From Asterias rubens (taxonomy: Eukaryota), in contig NC_047069.1 of assembly GCF_902459465.1 (NCBI RefSeq), positions 15,748,001 to 15,812,000 on the forward strand: a stretch of 64,000 nucleotides of DNA, given 5' to 3'. The first letter of the stretch is position 1, and each line of letters starts with the position of its first letter. The position numbers were made by a program, and so were the translations under genes. This document shows, piece after piece, positions 14,101-24,816 of the stretch. The notes beneath the pieces were generated by a model. That model saw nothing but the letters and a program-made list of their open reading frames with translations. It did not search any database and was not told the DNA's origin.

Positions 14101-17100
14101 TATTATATTGGCATGCAGATTTTAAAGCGATGTTAAAGCAGTGTCAAAGAGCTTTATTAATGCATTTAAGTTAAGTTCAGTTTCTGCAGAACAGATGCAT
14201 TTGCCAGGCACAGCAAAACTTTGAATTGTTTTTTTCACCCTTCAATTTCTATATGCAACAGCTGAGAAAACACTTAACCAAGGAAATCAGCTGATCATCT
14301 GAAAGAGTCATGTGTCCGATTGTAACAATATTTTGTTCGTAATTCACAGCTGTTTTATTGGAATAATTTCCATACAATAATAATTTAAAATGCCAAGGAT
14401 GTTTGTTCCATTGTGTTCAAATTGGAGCATCAGTAGGTATATTTAATGACAAAGTAATTTTCAAAATTAACTGAGAATGTGTTTGAGTAATTTGCAGAAT
14501 TAACCATTAATTCGTTTGTGTGTGAATCTGTGAAACTGACTTCCATTTTAAAAAGTGATCTGTTAAATTCTGGCTTGAATGTAAATCGTGCTTAAGACTT
14601 TGTACTTGAGAAGGGCATTGTTATTGTTATATTGTTGTCTCATGTTTTGTCACTTAATGTCGTAAGAATCGGAATTTACTACAATTATGGGATACCCCCT
14701 CTCATTCAACCCTTACCAATCTATGATCTGACCTAATCAAAGTTGCATCAGAAACAATTTCTGACACAATTTTGTCCAGGTCAAACCTTTAATTTACACA
14801 GATTGAATAGACTACTCATCTGTTGTCTAACCTTCCCACCCCACTCCTGTCCCTCTGCTTCATTATACATCTGTTTTATAACTCAGTATACTAATTTTGT
14901 ATTAAAATATCAAGGAAATTATAATTCAAACCACAGCCATTTTTTGACACCACATCTTAGGTTTCAACGCCAGCATCATCAGCCTATTTAAAGTAGTATC
15001 CCTTATTAGGTTCAAATTACGGGGCAAAAAACTGTTTTTACTTAATCACATTACTTTGAAAAGAAATGTTTCTCAAAATGCTTTTTACTATTGAAAGCTG
15101 CTCTAGCTCGTCTAGGCTTCTAACTAAAGGTTTTTGATGCCATTAATTTCAAGAGTGATTACCAAAGGTAAACCCGTAGATAAAGTGCTGAATTTACAGA
15201 CATTTAGAGGTCAATAGAATTAATTAATTACTGTATTTATTTACTTTGATTTTATTTACATAAGCATAGATCATTAAGTGTCCATAGAAAAAGGACTTTA
15301 TAATAGTGTATTGTGTATTTTAAGTTATTCAGAACGAATTTTGCCAGACATTTAGAGGTCAAACAATTGTATTTTTTTATTTCCATAGACGTAGATCATT
15401 ATTTGCCAATAGAGAAAGGGCTGTATAAGGGCTGTATGCATAAGGGCTGTATTTGTCCCGATGTAAATTTCCATCTACTAAGGCTGTATAAGTATTAAAG
15501 ACACTGGACACTATTGGCAATTTTCAAAGACCAGTCTTCTCACTTCTGTATCTCAACATATATGCATAAAATAACAAACCTGTGAAAATTTGAGCTCAAT
15601 CTGTCATCGAAGTTGCGAGATATTAATGAAAGAAAAAACACCCTTGTCACACAAACTTGTGTGCTTTCAGATGCTTGATTTTGAGACCTCAAATTCTAAA
15701 TCTGAGGTCTCAAAATCAAATTTGTGGAAAATTACTTCTTTCTCGAAAACTACGTTACTTCAGAGAGGGAGCCGTTTCTCACAATGTTTTAATACTATCA
15801 ACCTCTCCCCATTACTCGTTACCAAGTGATTTTGTGATAATAATTATTTTGAGTAATTACCAATAGTGTCCACTGCCTTTAATGTATTATTGTATTGAGA
15901 TATTCAGAACAAATTTCCAGACATTCAGAGGTCGACAATCAATTGTATTTATTCGTTTCCATAAGCATAGATCATTAAGACCCCATCGGCTGGCATTGTA
16001 TAATTATGAGCTTCACCGGGAGTCCAGTATCCAATAAACTTATGATTGATGATATCTCTCATCTGATACCCATAATCATACATCAAGCCAAGTTGTTCCA
16101 ATTTGAGGGAGACGGTCTGAGACTGTGAATCTTGGTTCAGGAATAAGATTGCATAGCCCTCCCAGAAGTCAAGATGTTTTAACCACACCTCTGTCTTAGG
16201 TTTCAACTGTTTGGAAATAAAAGGACAAAGGTGGGGCCTAAATGACTAGTACTAAGAGATAAAGGAACTATTGGTGGGACCCAAATTACTTTTACAGTTT
16301 AATGGGCCTAATAAAGGGCTGCTTTTGGAGGTAAAAGGGCTAAATGATTAATAGAACACAGATGGGTTCTAAAGAGGGTTTAACATTTTTTAGGACTTTA
16401 GAAAGGTATAAGTGAACTCATGAGACATTTAAGCGGTGTTGGATTTTAAACTATTATTCCAAGATGACTTCTTGAAATGATTGTGTCTCCAGCTCATTTG
16501 TCTTTTTTTTCATGCTCAATTTTGCAATGGGGGCAATTTTGAATTTGGAATTGAACCATTGAACAAAATTTGAGAATTCAAACAGATTTGTTAAACTTTT
16601 GTGTCGTCAGGAGTTTACTATTTTTACAATAACTGTATAATTTGTTTTACAGCAATGTTTAAAGATTGACAAGGATTTTTTTGTTTGGGGTTTAAATAAG
16701 GGGGTGTAGAAAAGCAGGAAAACTTTATGAATGGAGGACGAGACTTTAATGTGAAATGGTGTTATTGCTGGATGTGAACTTGTGTGGATGTGGATGAAAA
16801 ACCAATCATTTTTTAATGTGTGGTTTACGGTTTGCGGCTAAATGTATGATTAAGAAATTATGATGTGAAATGAATGATTTGATTTGATTTGACGGATTTT
16901 GTATATTGACAATGTTGAGTCTCTGGCCAGTTTGTTTCTGCTGGCCTTTGCGCTTTCCCCATATTTCTACTAACTTTGTTCCGAGATTGCCCGGTAGCTA
17001 GAGGCAGTTCAAATCCTATGTTTTGGCAGCAGGTCTTGCACTGATATAAAAGATGTTAAATTTGCATTGGGGATAAAGAATGTTGTTGTTTTTTTTTTTG

Positions 17101-20100
17101 CAAGTTAACCATCTGTTATAATTTTGTACTGTATTGATTCCATAAAACTGAATCCTGTAAAATAGTTAAACATTTTAGATTGAATAACTCATTTTAAATT
17201 TAAGGAGTTTAAAAGAGTTTCGCACCAGATGTTTATCAAGTAATGGGAAAATGCAGATGCTGGGCACAAAGTTTTGAAGCATTTCTAAAAATGAGTCAAA
17301 GGTCATAAAATATTAGACCCTCCAATGTTCATCTTGCTACACTTAAATCAAATATTTAAAAAAAAATCCCTTTTTGAATGTTAAAAAGCAAACTCAGAAC
17401 AACAAACTATACAGAGAAATGAGAATATGATTGAAGTGACAATCTGGAATGACCCATGATAAAAAAAAATTAAAAAAATTAACTTACCTCCAACATTTTC
17501 TTTCCCATCTTGCCAGCAGGATCTTGGTTAATCCGGATGACTTCCTTGTTCAGTAAGATGTCTCTGTAGACAGGTTGGATATTGCGTAGATCGTTGGACA
17601 TCAAGAGAGGAGCGGCGAAGATGGCCCACATAGCCATCTGAGCGTTAGATTGGTTCACATTCAACCCTTTGTTGCCAATAATTAACTGTAAGTAACATCA
17701 GTAAATATACTTTGTTTGTAAAATCAAAGAATAGAGATATGTTGCGTTGAGGCTACTTGAGGTTGAGGCTTAGGCTACTTGAGGTACGACTTGAGGGACT
17801 GGTTGAGGTACGACTGCAGGTTGAGGCCTAGCCTACTTGAGGTACTACTTGAGGTTGAGGCTTAGAAAGTTGAAACTTGCTGGTCACTGCACCAGGAGGG
17901 AATTTTGAAACTTTTTTTTTGTCAGACAATTTCAAACATGAAGCCATCACTTGGAAAAACCTACAAATTACTAGTAAATGCCAATGATAAGGCTACATTT
18001 GTTTTCAATTACTGATGTACTAAAACCTGAACCTTGTTTTCAATGCTGTAAGGTTTTAAGGCTAGATAGCACATTAATCTGGCGGTCACATGTTAAAAAC
18101 CTGTGCTATGCATCTCTTTGTTCACCCCAAAATTTCATTATAAATGTACCAAGTTAGTTTTCCCTCGTGGTTTATGACTTGTGAGATTTAAAGGATTTGG
18201 GTACCTTTTCAAAATGTCCATAGATTTACATTAAACTTACAGGGTTTGAAGATAATGATAGTGGAAAGCTTCCCTTCAAATTTTACTTACTGAGGTGCTG
18301 TAGTTTTTGAGAAATGAGTAAAACAATGTCATGAAAATACGTTTGTAAATGATTTCCCAAAAACTACAGCACCTCAGCACGTAATATTTTCAGGGAAGCT
18401 TTCTACTATCATTATCTTCAAACTGGGTAAGTTTCATGAGACGAAAACTATTTTTGATGACATTGTTTTACTCATTTCCCAAAAACTACAGCACCTCAGC
18501 ACGTAATATTTTCAGGGAAGCTTTCTACTATCATTATCTTCAAACTGGGTAAGTTTCATGAGTAAAAACTATTTTTGATGACATTGTTTTACTCATTTCC
18601 CAAAAACTACAGCACCTCAGCACGTAATATTTTCAGGGAAGCTTTCTACTATCATTATCTTCAAACTGGGTAAGTTTCATGAGTGAAAACTATTTTTGAT
18701 GACATTGTTTTACTCATTTCCCAAAAACTACAGCACCTCAGCACGTAATATTTTCAGGGAAGCTTTCTACTATCATTATCTTCAAACTGGGTAAGTTTAG
18801 TGTAAATCTGTGGACATTGTGTTTTTTGTCCTACAAAAGTTACATAGACCCTTTAATACTCACCATATCTGGATCGTTGAAGTGTCCAGGACCAGCCACT
18901 GGGACAAGTGTCTTCTGATTGTCACCATAATACTTTATAATGCCTGTTACTGAATCCCAAGAGTCCTGAATGTCATTGTAGTTACGCCAGATGTTACAGT
19001 TATCAGCCACTGAAGTGTAATTGATCTGAAATAAAGCAATCAATCAAAACAATTTATATAGCTCAGTAGGATTTTTAAACTAGACATAGAATCTATTTCA
19101 TAGAAAATGCTCTTGACTTGAGTACAAATGGGTTTTCTGTTTTTTTTTTAAATGTTCACATTTGGTGAAGTTTTAATGTCCATAGAGAGACCATATAAAC
19201 ATCAAAGAATCAAAGAAATTTAAATCAAAGAATTTTCCGGGACTCGAATTTCAGGGGGAAATGTACAAGACCACAGGGTCTGTAGCTCAAAATGTTTACA
19301 GAAACAACTTTCTTTTCACAAGCTCAGAATCAAAATGAGAAACAAAATAATCTATCACAAACTGTTTTGGTTTGAACAAACACTTGAGAAGATCAATCTC
19401 ATTTGTCTTATGGGTAAGTATTCTTTGATACTCAACAGAATTAAAAAATATTCATTGAGGTTGTATTATTCGCTTGAAAAAAACTAAACCTTAAATTTTG
19501 TCCAGTTGTGAGTTTTGAGCAGCTTTAAAAAATTGGGATCAGGGTTTAATTTCTTCCTTACAGGGATATGGAAAGCTCGTTCATAGTCAGGCCAGCTGCA
19601 GGAAAAGAGAATCGGACGGCCGGTAGCATTCAAGTATTTAGTCATCTCAGGGTATCCTGGAGGAATTACAAAGAATTAGTTGAAATTTAAAAAAGGAAAG
19701 AAAAAGTTGTGATTGCTAACTGACAAAAAATGATTCACGTTTTTTGTTTTTTGCCCTCACACCAATGTGTACTAAATCCCGAGTTACATGTATGAAAAAG
19801 CTAGTGCCATACGGCAGCTCAGGACTGTATAATACTTGCAAGGGAGCTGAGAACGATTAAAGGAATGTTTTGGCCCAAGGTCCAGGGTACTAATTATGTA
19901 ATGTGCATTGAGACCTTATTATGAATTGCGCTACATAAGAACTAACTAGTTATTATTATAATTATTCAGATACAACACTACCCAAAGGAGATTTACACCA
20001 AGTGCAACCGCAAACCTCACTTCAAGATTTAAAAAACTAACAGATAGTTTTGAATCTCCAAGGAAGGTGTTACCCGTCTTCATTGTTGATACATTAGAAT

Positions 20101-22593
20101 AACATCCATCAAGTTTTAGACTATCGACACCCCAGCTGGCAAACGTCTGGGCATCGAGCTCAAGATGATTCAAGCTGCCTGGGTATCCACCACATGTCTT
20201 GGTTCCGTAATCACCGTAGATACCAAACTTTAGACCTCTGCTGTGGACCTGACCAAGATGAAGAGGAAATGATTAAAAATTCTCTTGGCCTGGTACTTCA
20301 CGGAGGCAACAAAGGTGATTGCTTCCATGCCCCTAGTCATTGCCTTGGTGCCCTTGAAATGCTCCTGTAGAAATTTACAATTTCCTCAAAAGGGTACCCT
20401 TTACCAAGGAGAAAATGCCTTGGTTTCCTTGCACTTTCAAAAAACGAAGCATACAGACCTGTAGATAATTTGAATTCCTCAAAAATCCATCTCTTACAGA
20501 CGGCATCATTGACTTATACTGTTCCAAATCTGGAGGCATCTTTAACAAGAATTCAAATCCTGGATTATGATGGATTTAGTTTGACTTACCCTAATGTAAA
20601 TTCAGTTTTGGTAATAACTAATAACAGTGTGAATACATCTACTTTGCTGTGTAGATATGTTCCTAGAGAACTTGTCTTGCTTATTAAGTCTACTGTCGCA
20701 GAGTAACTCTTGTAATTTGGGAGACTAAATAGTTCAGAAAAGAACTGCCCGCTTATGGGTGAGTTTTTGATTGGTCCGAACATTGTCAATGTCTTCTCTC
20801 CATTGGGTTCTTGGCTACTGTAATGATTAAGTTTTTTTTTCTGAGAGAGTCCTTGGCTTCATCAGCCAGAATTAATTAATGAAATGACCTACATCCGTTG
20901 ACTTACATAATCAGCCAGAGCTTTGATTCCACTCGGGAAGCGTACCGGGTCTGACTGAAGTCTTCCTTGAGCATCACGTTGTTTATTACTCCAGCAGTCA
21001 TCTATGTTGATGTACTGGTATCCAGCATCTTTGTAACCATCTTCAACCATACGATCTGCCATTTGCATCACAAGCTTTTCACTGTCAAATATTTAAGAAA
21101 AAAGATAAAACAAAGTGAAGTCTCTACTTTAAAAATAATTTGAACAAAAATTCTTAAAGCAGAACTCTTTTATTTATCAACTCATGAATAGCAAACTGAC
21201 ATTGAAATGTCAAAACAAAATTAAAGTAATGAAAAATCCTGAGAATAAAATTACTAGAATTTTATAAACTATAAGTTTTCTCACTTCTATAAAATGTACA
21301 GACAGGTGGCACATCACAAAAATTGTATTGTATAGTTACAATATGTTTATTTAATAAAATGTACAGATCATGTGATTTGTTTGTTTTAGTTGCCCCTGTC
21401 ACCCCTGTTAACTTTGTCTGTTCTTGAAGGTTTTGTTTGATCTGTGCAATTGTTATGGCAATATTAACCCTGATTAATAGTGCTGATCTCCTTTTTTCTT
21501 GATTTATTTATTTGGTGTTACTAGTAAGACCAAATACATTTTTTTTAAAGGAGTACATGTCTGAATAAACAATAAAAGGAACTGATGGAGGAATTCCTTT
21601 GGAAAATACATAAATAAAAAGCTGTTCAAATCAAGGGGTGGGTAGATTCTGTTTTATTTACATGAAAGATTTTAGCAGGTGTTATATGGTAAATCAAAGT
21701 TAGGTTTAGATTGTGCTCCCATTAGTTGATGGAATAACATATTGATATGAAATACAAAGTCCAAGCACCTTTAGTTATCTTATCTTTTAGTTGATGCACT
21801 TATAGATCTTGATAACCAGTAAGCAGATAATGCTAGCATGGAGGGAGGATATACCTCTGGTAATCACTCAAAAAATGTATGACCATCATACAGGATGTTC
21901 GCGACGCACCAACTATTAGTATTTTTAAGAGTAAACTTCAAGATGGATATGGGTAACATCATCGGGGGGGGGAGGGCTCACTTCATGTAAATCATTGCTG
22001 CTCAGTCACCTGCACGTGTACATCCCGATATGTGGAGATTGTGCAGTAATTCTCCAGAACCAGAACCACTTTACTTGGTATTACAGAAGCACTGCAGCTG
22101 TTGATAATGTATATAACATTTTGGAAAAACAATTCCCTTCAAATGAACGTGGTATCATAGAGAGAGAGATTAAAATCGATCCAAGCACAGATTTTTCTTC
22201 CTGTGTGGACGAAAACAGCTCCAGATTTCCATGTGAAATTGGTCCATAATTATAGGTATTTTATATTGGCATTGTGGGAAGGGAAAAGGGGGTTTGTAAA
22301 ACCACCCTTCTCCTTTCTACCATGCCCTTTGGCAGTTCAGCAAAATCAGTCACGGGGTAATCAGGTTAAGGTCTATGGATGTAATGAAAGAGACAAAAGA
22401 AATATAAAAAAAGGACAAAACAAATATGGTTGTATAATAAGTACCTGACACAATTGTAGGGATCATTCTTGCAGTCGGTATTGCAACGGAATCGTTCCCA
22501 TGTCATCCATCCCATAGGAGGCGTCCTTCCTAGGCCATTGTCCAATGCCTGGGTACTCACTGCACACAACATCAACAGAGCAACTGCCAACAT
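4921..22593 (-). CDS. NAGA: GH27 alpha-N-acetylgalactosaminidase-like gene 2: constant exons 1-6 plus an array of alternative terminal exons
   Basis: Exons 22593-22445 (signal peptide, [19 protein letters not shown]), 21081-20907 (175 nt, NIDDCW), 20248-20074 (175 nt, SLKLDGC nucleophile), 19656-19562 (95 nt, FSCSWPDY), 19025-18864 (162 nt, WRNYNDI acid/base), 17685-17488 (198 nt). GT-AG junctions and phases are consistent. About 403 aa with the nearest terminal exon. Confidence 0.95.
5301..5610. repeat. Higher-order minisatellite: five 62-bp dimers of alternating 30- and 32-nt units
   Basis: tggctatggctgtgtctggattg followed alternately by agaagct or gatagcttt; unit starts 5301, 5331, 5363, 5393, 5425, 5455, 5487, 5517, 5549, 5579. 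Confidence 0.92.
6706..6963 (-). CDS. Gene 2 terminal exon copy 7f (85 aa)
   Basis: ttggtgtttacag|[27 protein letters not shown]...[18 protein letters not shown]; phase 0; AATAAA motifs within about 70 nt downstream. Confidence 0.88.
   Translation of the reverse strand, partial: FGKFVQVWLRALNFQNGEWAVVILNTDTKPQTISLRFKDLGLTYIGYELRDVLNHKEIGHIGPYQVYNFTAPATGALMLYLYDSS
7762..8028 (-). CDS. Gene 2 terminal exon copy 7e (88 aa)
   Basis: gatttgcacacag|[26 protein letters not shown]...[21 protein letters not shown]; phase 0; AATAAA at 7553-7548. Confidence 0.88.
   Translation of the reverse strand, partial: FGTTVDVWLRPLTLWQEWGVVILNRDTKPQTVSLKFGDLGFTFNMGYFIREVLTHTDIGQLGIRLSYNFTAPANGALMFYAYPTYINS
8864..9118 (-). 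CDS. Gene 2 terminal exon copy 7d (84 aa)
   Basis: ttttccatccacag|[25 protein letters not shown]...[18 protein letters not shown]; phase 0. Confidence 0.88.
   Translation of the reverse strand, partial: FGSVEVWLRPLQYYEEWAIVFLNQDTKIQTVTLKLSQLGFSYMMGYELREILTHKEVGHVDRHQELNFTVPALGALMYYAYDSS
9745..10009 (-). pseudogene. Gene 2 terminal exon copy 7c, pseudo-exon
   Basis: gatcacag|FSTSVDVWL, then a +1 T frameshift (TGGCTTTCAG versus TGGCTTCGG in 7e), TAA where 7e has GAA (Q*WGVVILN), and TGA where 7e has Gly (APAP*AIQLYAY). Colinear with 7e. Confidence 0.85.
13249..13506 (-). CDS. Gene 2 terminal exon copy 7b (85 aa)
   Basis: cttcctacaaatag|[24 protein letters not shown]...[15 protein letters not shown]; phase 0; AATAAA at 13095-13090. 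Confidence 0.88.
   Translation of the reverse strand, partial: LGTTVAVWVRPLAGSDEWAFVLLNSATKPVTVPMSLKQLMFQSSAGYEMRDVLTNTQIGHRNISTSYNYNVPAVGVLMYYAYPSQ
14930..15430 (-). pseudogene. Scrambled relics of 7a-type terminal exon copies
   Basis: 15326-15401 and 15190-15278 match the 3' end and UTR of 7a (cagacatt.agaggtc...catagatcatta). 14949-14968 matches the 5' end of 7a (accaca------tcttaggtttcaac, 6-nt deletion, no AG). Confidence 0.6.
15495..15882 (+). mobile_element. Kolobok-like TTAA MITE (family A, about 390 bp)
   Basis: TTAA|AGACACTGGACACTATTGG...CCAATAGTGTCCACTGCCT|TTAA; internal hairpin gatttYgagacctca...tgaggtctcRaaatc. RR...YY termini with a TTAA TSD are the Kolobok signature. Confidence 0.85.
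15949..16206 (-). CDS. Gene 2 terminal exon copy 7a (85 aa)
   Basis: ttatttccaaacag|[12 protein letters not shown]...ILFLNQD...[19 protein letters not shown]; phase 0 acceptor. Confidence 0.9.
   Translation of the reverse strand: MKPKTEVWLKHLDFWEGYAILFLNQDSQSQTVSLKLEQLGLMYDYGYQMRDIINHKFIGYWTPGEAHNYTMPADGVLMIYAYGNE
18188..18856. mobile_element. TTAA-flanked foldback MITE with one arm amplified into about 4 x 121-bp tandem repeats
   Basis: Units start at 18352, 18474, 18595 and 18716 and are the reverse complement of 18245-18340; the terminal TTAA at 18853-18856 abuts the gene 2 exon 5 donor. Confidence 0.8.
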
Positions 22594-23410
22594 GTTGACT
22601 TTATCTGTAAACAAAAGAAAGTGTCAAAATGCATTCTCCTGAAGACGAGCAGAGTGCACTGTTTGAAACGTTGAGACCCAACCGGCTCTTTTCAGAGCCA
22701 ACACTCACCCTACAACAGATTTACACATGGTTGTACCCGCAAGTTTACTACTTTTTTATAGTTTCTTCTTATTTCTCCACACCATGCAAAGCTTCAAACA
22801 CACACTGTCAAAATGATGTTGGCAGGCTAGGTTGTGCCAACATACAGCTAAGGGCTTTGGTTTATTTTTGACAAAAATCAACAAGAAGCAGAGCAAGTTA
22901 CAATTGTAAACAACCTATATTATTAATAATTACAAATTACAAAACTCAAATTTCCTTAATAAATACAAACGCGAGCAATGCAGTCTGCAATAACACACTT
23001 CCCAAATTAGGAAGGGTTAAAATCATACAGCTTTTTTTTTATTTATTTTTTTAGCACTCATGTTTTGATGTGTAAACCAACCGAAAACAAACAAAACAAA
23101 CAATCGTACACCGAACAGAGGCGGGACAAAAAAAAACCCAGTAGTATTGCAGTATTGTAAACACCGAAAATCAAACAAATCGAATCAACAAATCAATCAT
23201 AAATACCGATTGCCGACGCAATACTGAAAATATCAAGCCACATATATATACTTGCTTTCTCTGGCTGAGCAAGTGAAGGCAATTCCCATCAGTAGAGAAG
23301 TAAATTTCCCGTCAAAATACTTGCCTTTTATGTACCCCCGTCTGCTTGTTGTGGTGAAGGTCGCAGCTAGCTAGCTCGAGAGGTCATGGACAAACTAGTC
23401 AGCTAGCAGT

Positions 23411-23457
23411 AACACGTGACTTTGGTCTTGTGTTTATCACGTGGTCAGTCATATGAC
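23411..23457. promoter_or_regulatory. CLEAR-like/E-box cluster in the divergent promoter region of GH27 genes 2 and 3
   Basis: CACGTGAC at 23413-23420 (GTCACGTG on minus), TCACGTG at 23437-23443, palindromic GTCATATGAC at 23448-23457; these lie between head-to-head lysosomal hydrolase genes. Confidence 0.55.
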
Positions 23458-24816
23458 ACAAACCCAGTACTCTTTAACGGACAGACTCCCAGACGTATGT
23501 AACGCGTAATTAACGTACCCAATGATGGCAATCTGTCTATCTACCAGAAAATCAACATGACAACGCGGGCATTGAAGCGTGCACTTCTAATACTGCCCAT
23601 CTTTCCTCCATCATGGATGAACGGTCATACATGTATGTTGAATGAACGGACCCTACCAATTGATAACAAATAAGGCTGAAAACATCAAGTTTCAGTTTCT
23701 TTTTATGAGATGTGTTAACCAGCTGTATAAAAAGGCAAGATTTAAGGTAAACTGAATACATCGATACACAAAACACAGGACAGTCACAGACCATCTCCAT
23801 GCACAGACAGAGCATGTGTACTGCTAGTGCTGCTTACTGTCACTGTCACTCTCACTGTAGTGTCAGTGTCAGACCATGGAGGAATAATTTATTCCTCTAT
23901 GGTCAGACTGTGTGTGGAGCCACTGAGCTGAGCTGAGTGTCGAGCCACTGAGCTGAGCTGAGTGTCATGTTTTTGCTAACTTTTTTCCATGATGGAGCTC
24001 TATGGTTTTATGAACTTAATGTCATGCACTGCAAGTTTCTAACTTTATTTGATTGCACTGCAATTTGCAGTTGCACTGATGCTGCACATGATGCACAAAG
24101 ACAAATGCATTACATTTACACAAACACCGACTATCATTTGTAATGTATGCATGGGTTTTGTTGTAAGTAAGATGAGTGCCCGTCTGTGTATCCTTGCCGA
24201 TTAGTTGGGATAACGTAACCCTCCGCCCGACAGCCAAGGCTGGAGGATTACGAACATGATCTTAGAAGTGGTAAAAATGGGGCAAATCTGGTGATAACGT
24301 AACCCTCCTCCCAACGGCAAAGCCGGAGGGGTTATTTTTTAATCGTACAGGGTGAAATGGTCAAACACGTACAATTTCGACAGCTAGTCAACAGATTTGC
24401 TCAATTTTTACCACTTTCAAAATCAGGACACATATTCTAGGAGCGCAAACTTAATCATCAATGTCTACTGAATCCTTTCATCTCAAAACACCATTGAGAA
24501 AATATTTTGAAGAAAAAGGACAAAAACTTACTAGATCCTGGAGCGAAACAGTCAGGAGGGTTATTTTAATCGCAACTACCTGCCGAAGAATTCAAGGTTT
24601 TTTAAAATGCTATATTGATTTTCTTATATATTTATAATGTAAATATACTTAGATATTTATGCATCTAATTAAAATCCTGCCACCATGTTTGCATTATTTA
24701 TGAAATAAATTAACGAAGTTGTTATGATATAACTTGGTATCAAATTTTAATTGTTAAAACAAAAAGTGATAGTGAAAAAGTGGTAGCAGGATATGGAAAT
24801 ATTTCCGAAAATATTT

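Noticed and set aside
4921-16206. Cassettes as independent single-exon genes
   Set aside because: The ORF-track starts are mostly TTG/GTG or intronic; each copy begins at a phase-0 acceptor and encodes only domain 2 with no signal peptide.
18352-18798. 121-bp repeat array as a CRISPR-like locus
   Set aside because: Units are identical head-to-tail with no unique spacers, the context is eukaryotic, and they derive from a MITE arm.
23872-23904. 33-bp imperfect palindrome gaccatggaggaataa-t-ttattcctctatggtc as a terminator or miRNA
   Set aside because: Too short for a pre-miRNA, and intrinsic terminators are not expected here; probably fused transposon ends.
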